The notes beneath the pieces are model-generated. The model was not told the origin of the DNA, made no database searches, and saw nothing but the letters and a program-made list of their open reading frames with translations. Below, piece by piece: positions 59,571-64,000 of a stretch of DNA of 64,000 nucleotides; position 1 is the first letter of the stretch; every line of letters starts with the position of its first letter. The translations under genes were made by a program, and so were the position numbers. This DNA is from the human T2T-CHM13v2.0 reference genome, Homo sapiens, in NCBI RefSeq assembly GCF_009914755.1, contig NC_060930.1; one strand, 5' to 3'.

Positions 59571-61194
59571 GGGGTCATTACTGGCAAAAATACAATAAAA
59601 TCATCACTTTCAAGTCCCATAATGGAGGTGATAAAAGTAATTTAGTAATATGTTCACATCCTTCAAATCAAATATAGAAAATTCGTTTGTGCTTTGATCC
59701 AAAATAGACCCCCCCAAAACCATTATACACAAAGATGCTCTAGGTTAGAGCTAGAGAAAACAGAAACTGAGAAAAATGAAACATTCCACCAAACTAGGGG
59801 AATGGCTAATTAAATTATGATGAATCCATTCAATGGAATATTATATAACAATTTAAAATAATATATTAACAAAATGAAGTACTCATGCCAAATTTTAAAA
59901 ATAGCATGTGGAATTTATACACACAGTAAGACTTTGGCCTTATACAATATTATATAAATAAGTCTAGACTAATCACATTTCAAAGTATTAACAGTAACTG
60001 TCTCAACTCTTGTTAGTAACATTATGGGCACTCTACTCTTTCTTCTCTTGTTTTTCAAATTCTTTTCTACCAAGAGCACACATTACTCTTAAAACTAGAG
60101 TTTTTTAGAAAAATAGAAAGAATATATGCTAAGTAATCAGGGTTAAAATGTAGACTGGAGAATCCTATAGTGGCATAAGTCATGGGTAGTCATTAAACTC
60201 CAGGGAGACATTATGTTGTCTCTCTTAATAACTGTTTAGTACTAGATTTTATAAAATAAACTAAAACATTTTAATGATTCAGTCATTTGTTTACCAAAAG
60301 TCAATTAGAGCCTTAGGCCTTTGTCATTTTGTGATGTTCAATGAATGAACATAGTGTTTAAAATTGGTTTGATAAAGATAAAACTTGACATTAATGTACA
60401 GTAATCCATTTTCTTACTTTTCTTCAGAAAATATGTCATGCTCAATTTTAATTTCAAGAAAATATAGAGCAAATCTACATAAGGCAAAAACCCTAAAGAT
60501 TTGTTTGCCCTAAGATATGTTGTGCTGACTATAATTGGATTGTCGGAATGCATCTGACATATGCTAATGAAAAAGTAAGAAAGCCAAAGTATGGTTTATT
60601 TGCTTATATTAGTCCTTTTTGTAGTCAAACCAGCAACACTTATTTACCTCCTTCTTAGATTCTAGGAATGAAAAATTACAAAACCACATCACCTTGGCCC
60701 TTAAGTAACAGATGAAAACTACTGACAGACGGCAGCGAATCATGTCTTCCAATGAATAGCAGAATAATGCTGGAAATTGGAAAAATTCAATGTCAAGGTG
60801 GGCCCAAGGATTCATAACAGACTTCATAAAAGAGGTGACAATTTGACATAGGTCTTGAAAGCAACGCAGTGGTAAAGAAGAGAGACCTTCAGATAAACTC
60901 ACTAGATTATTCTTCAAAGTGGTGATTTCAGTTTCCATTCTAATCAGCCAGGAATGGGAGTTCCCATGTTCCTCCTGCTAGCCAATACTTGACATTGTCA
61001 GACTTTTAATCTGTGTTTGTAACATTGGACATCTTTTGCTATATTAACTTGACACTATATGTCTTCTCTTCAGTGAAATGCCTGAATATTATGCCCAATT
61101 TCTCTTGAGTTGTTTATCTTTTTCTTATTGACTTGGAGGAGTTCTTTTTGTAGTCTGGATGCTAATTCCTTGCCAGGAGATACACTCCCTCCTT

Positions 61195-61420
61195 TCTCAG
61201 AGCCAGACTGCCTGAATTGTACACGTCATAACAGTATGTCCTTAAACAAGTTACTTAGCCTCTCTGGCTTTAGTTTTCTCAGGAGTTAGATTGGGATAAT
61301 AATAGTACCTACCGTAAAGAATTGTGAAGATGAAATGGGTTAATATATGGAGCACATGGAACTCTGTTCCGCTGGTAGTGCGTCATAATAGGGGCAGGCT
61401 GTCAATGTTGTTACTAACAT
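61195..61420 (+). mobile_element. MIR inside diverged minus-strand L1M
   Basis: 'agagccagactgcctg', 'caagttacttagcctctct', 'gggataataatagtacctacc'. Confidence 0.8.
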
Positions 61421-63789
61421 TATTGCAACCTCCCACCCAGGTGAACGATTTTCTAACCCACCTTTTCCTGAAGGGTGCTGTCCTCTAGGAGTCCTAGCTT
61501 TAAGCAGGAATCTTAACTCCAACTTCGTACTTGATGTGGATCTGAGGACTTGTCTCCAGTCCTCATGCCGTATGCAACTCAGGATCTCCAGGACTGAGAA
61601 AGCCTTCAGGAGGCCCATGGTCTCCATCACCTGGCATGACTTTCCTGCTTCCTCTTCCTTTCTGGCCCTTACTTTTTAAAGGATTAATGTGAGCAGGTAT
61701 TTGTTATTTTGTTCTGCAATGTTTCTGCATCTTTAACAAAAATTTTAAGAGAGAAGTTGCTTGTAAACTACTCAGTATGTCATGTTGATGAATGTAGAAG
61801 TCTTTGTCCATTCTTCCCTCTAGCATGGTGTTCTTTTCTTTATGAGAATTCATTCTTTGTTAAGCATATGAAATGTTTTCTCTCATATTGTGGGTATATT
61901 TTTATATGCAGTACAATTTCATAGTCAAATCTGACCACTTTGACTTTATTATTTCTGCTCTAGAAGCATGCTTAGAAAGATCCCTCTTACCCCAAGATTA
62001 CATTAAAAATGTTTTTATTATTTGTATTTCCATCCTATATGTTATATGATACCAAATGTCATTTAGAATTGATTCTGACATGTGAAGTCAATTAGGGAAT
62101 CTAACCCTTTTCTTCAAAAATGTTTAGCCAGTTATCACAACCCCTCTTATTGAGTGATCACTCTTTCCTTAGTGGACAAAGCCCTAGATGTGGGAATTTC
62201 CATCGACCTGGCTGCCAACTGTACTTTGTATTCCTTCTGCAGGGCATGGCCAGCAGTCACAGCACCAGTCTGCTGTTTCTCACACCTGAATAGGAAAGAA
62301 CTTGCACTATTCCCTACTGGACAGACATTCATATTGGCAGAAAGAATATGAAAAAAAAGTGACATTTTAAATTACTTGTGCAATGAGTCCAAAAACATTA
62401 TGACTAGAAATACCCAAATAATTATGGGCAGAAATAAACATAAATAAGAGGATATCAAGAGATTGCTGGAAGCCCCATTCTTATTGGTAGGAAGCAGTCA
62501 GGGCATCTTCGTTCCTCTCATTAGAACTATTACGTTTCAGAATGCAAATCCTAGCTCTGGTCCTCACTGAGTGTATAGAATGGTACAATTTATTTAACTT
62601 ACCTTTGCTAATTCAGCAGACATTTTTCAGCACCTGTTATGTGCAAGCTGTTTACTGGCCTGTGAGTTTTAGGTACCTTAATCATAGCCTGCATTAGACA
62701 GATGTATGCCAGAGCCCTGCTCTTAGTAGAAGCTCAATACAAGATTGGATAGTTGCTGCCCACCTAACTCTTCAGACCCTCAACCAATTTAAATTGGATT
62801 AAACACACACAAAAAATTCAGAAACAAGACTGGCTTGGCCTTCTATATATTTCCTTAACATTTTAGTGACACATAGAATTCCTTTCTTAAAGGGGATTAG
62901 CATTCTACATAGTAAAACATTTTAATTATAAAAATTATATTTATTACATGAAGTCTGTTCTTCCCAGGCAAGGTCTAATCCACTATACATGACTCATTTT
63001 CTTGTGAGTTTTACTTTAGCCTCAGCCTTTCAAAATTTCCGAGTGAAATATCATTAATCCTGGTGATTCATGGCCTGCGCCTGGTATTTTGCAGTCTTTA
63101 GTGTGAAATCCTTCATTTAGAAAACTGCAAATGGAGGTGAGAACCTAACATATTACTTTGGAACATTAATTATGAAACATAATTACAAACACAAATGCCT
63201 ACAATGGTAATAATTTTACAGTTTGTAATTGTACCAGAAACCTCCAACTGGATGTACTTGTAACATCCTATGGTTGGATTCGTTTCAATGGATTGCAAAA
63301 GAGTGAGCCATCAGCAGGGTTCTCTGTAGATTAGTCTGATCATTAAGATCCTTGTCCTGGGTTACACATCCGAGGTAGCAGTCAACTGAGTCATTTTAGT
63401 CTAGGCCATCCAGGCCAGATTCACTTTTCCTCCCTCTTGAAGACCTGGAGGACAGTCTCTAAATGCAATCAGGCTTCATCTGTCAGTGGGCAGTGCCTAG
63501 TCCCTGAGATAGTGCCCTCCCGCAGGTTGTGGTGCAGGGTACTCGGAGGGTCAAAAACTTCTTGCTGCATTTTCTGTTTTCGCGCTGGACAGACTTGCCC
63601 AGAAGTCACCCTCTGAGAACACTGTTGGAGATCACTTCCTGGGCTTTCGAGTGAGGGAACCCCCATTGCACTCCCATCACACTCCCCATACCAGTGGGTC
63701 CTGTGTGGTCCAAAGGGGTCCCTGTCGCTCCAAACAGAAGAGAGTGTGGTGGCATCCTTATAGCATCATGTTGGGAGCCTTTGCAGAGA

Positions 63790-63945
63790 AACTGATCTGG
63801 ATTTAAACTGTAGCTCTGGCATTCTCTCCCTGTGTGGCCTTGGGCATGCATCTTAACTTGCTTCATGTGTAAAATGGGTACATCGCAGGGTGCCATGAGG
63901 ACTGGGGATGACACACATGGCCCAGCAGGAACTCAACAAATGGAA
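63790..63945 (+). mobile_element. MIR fragment
   Basis: 'tgtgtggccttgggca', 'cttcatgtgtaaaatggg', 'gaactcaacaaatg'. Confidence 0.7.
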
Positions 63946-64000
63946 ATTCACGTGATCGTCATTTCATATCACAGTACACAGCATTTATCTATCTGAGGCT

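Overview
AT-rich hominid (human or other great ape) non-coding DNA dominated by interspersed repeats. I recognise no cellular protein-coding exon, tRNA/rRNA gene or CRISPR array. Main contents: (1) a young full-length minus-strand LINE-1 (52977-59015) with a target-site duplication (TSD), an intact antisense ORF0 and one 1-bp frameshift each in ORF1 and ORF2; (2) an old near-full-length L1MA (5917-12880) whose RT catalytic motif is interrupted by a ~570-bp AT minisatellite; (3) a rearranged full-length L1PB (44137-51481) carrying a nested twin-primed L1PB and a THE1 LTR; (4) another twin-primed L1PB (1033-2567) with a perfect 100-bp internal duplication; (5) an RPL34 processed pseudogene with an unusual poly(A)-less, stuttered 3' junction; (6) seven Alus, MaLR and ERV LTRs, MER2, MER33, L2, MIR and microsatellites. 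A few unique GC/CpG-richer patches (about 3.7, 19, 33.5-35.3 and 63.5 kb) may be regulatory or lncRNA exons but cannot be assigned from sequence alone. I found no convincing novel biological system; the best leads are mechanistic scars of retrotransposition and DNA repair. Subfamily names come from recalled consensus features and need RepeatMasker/Dfam confirmation.
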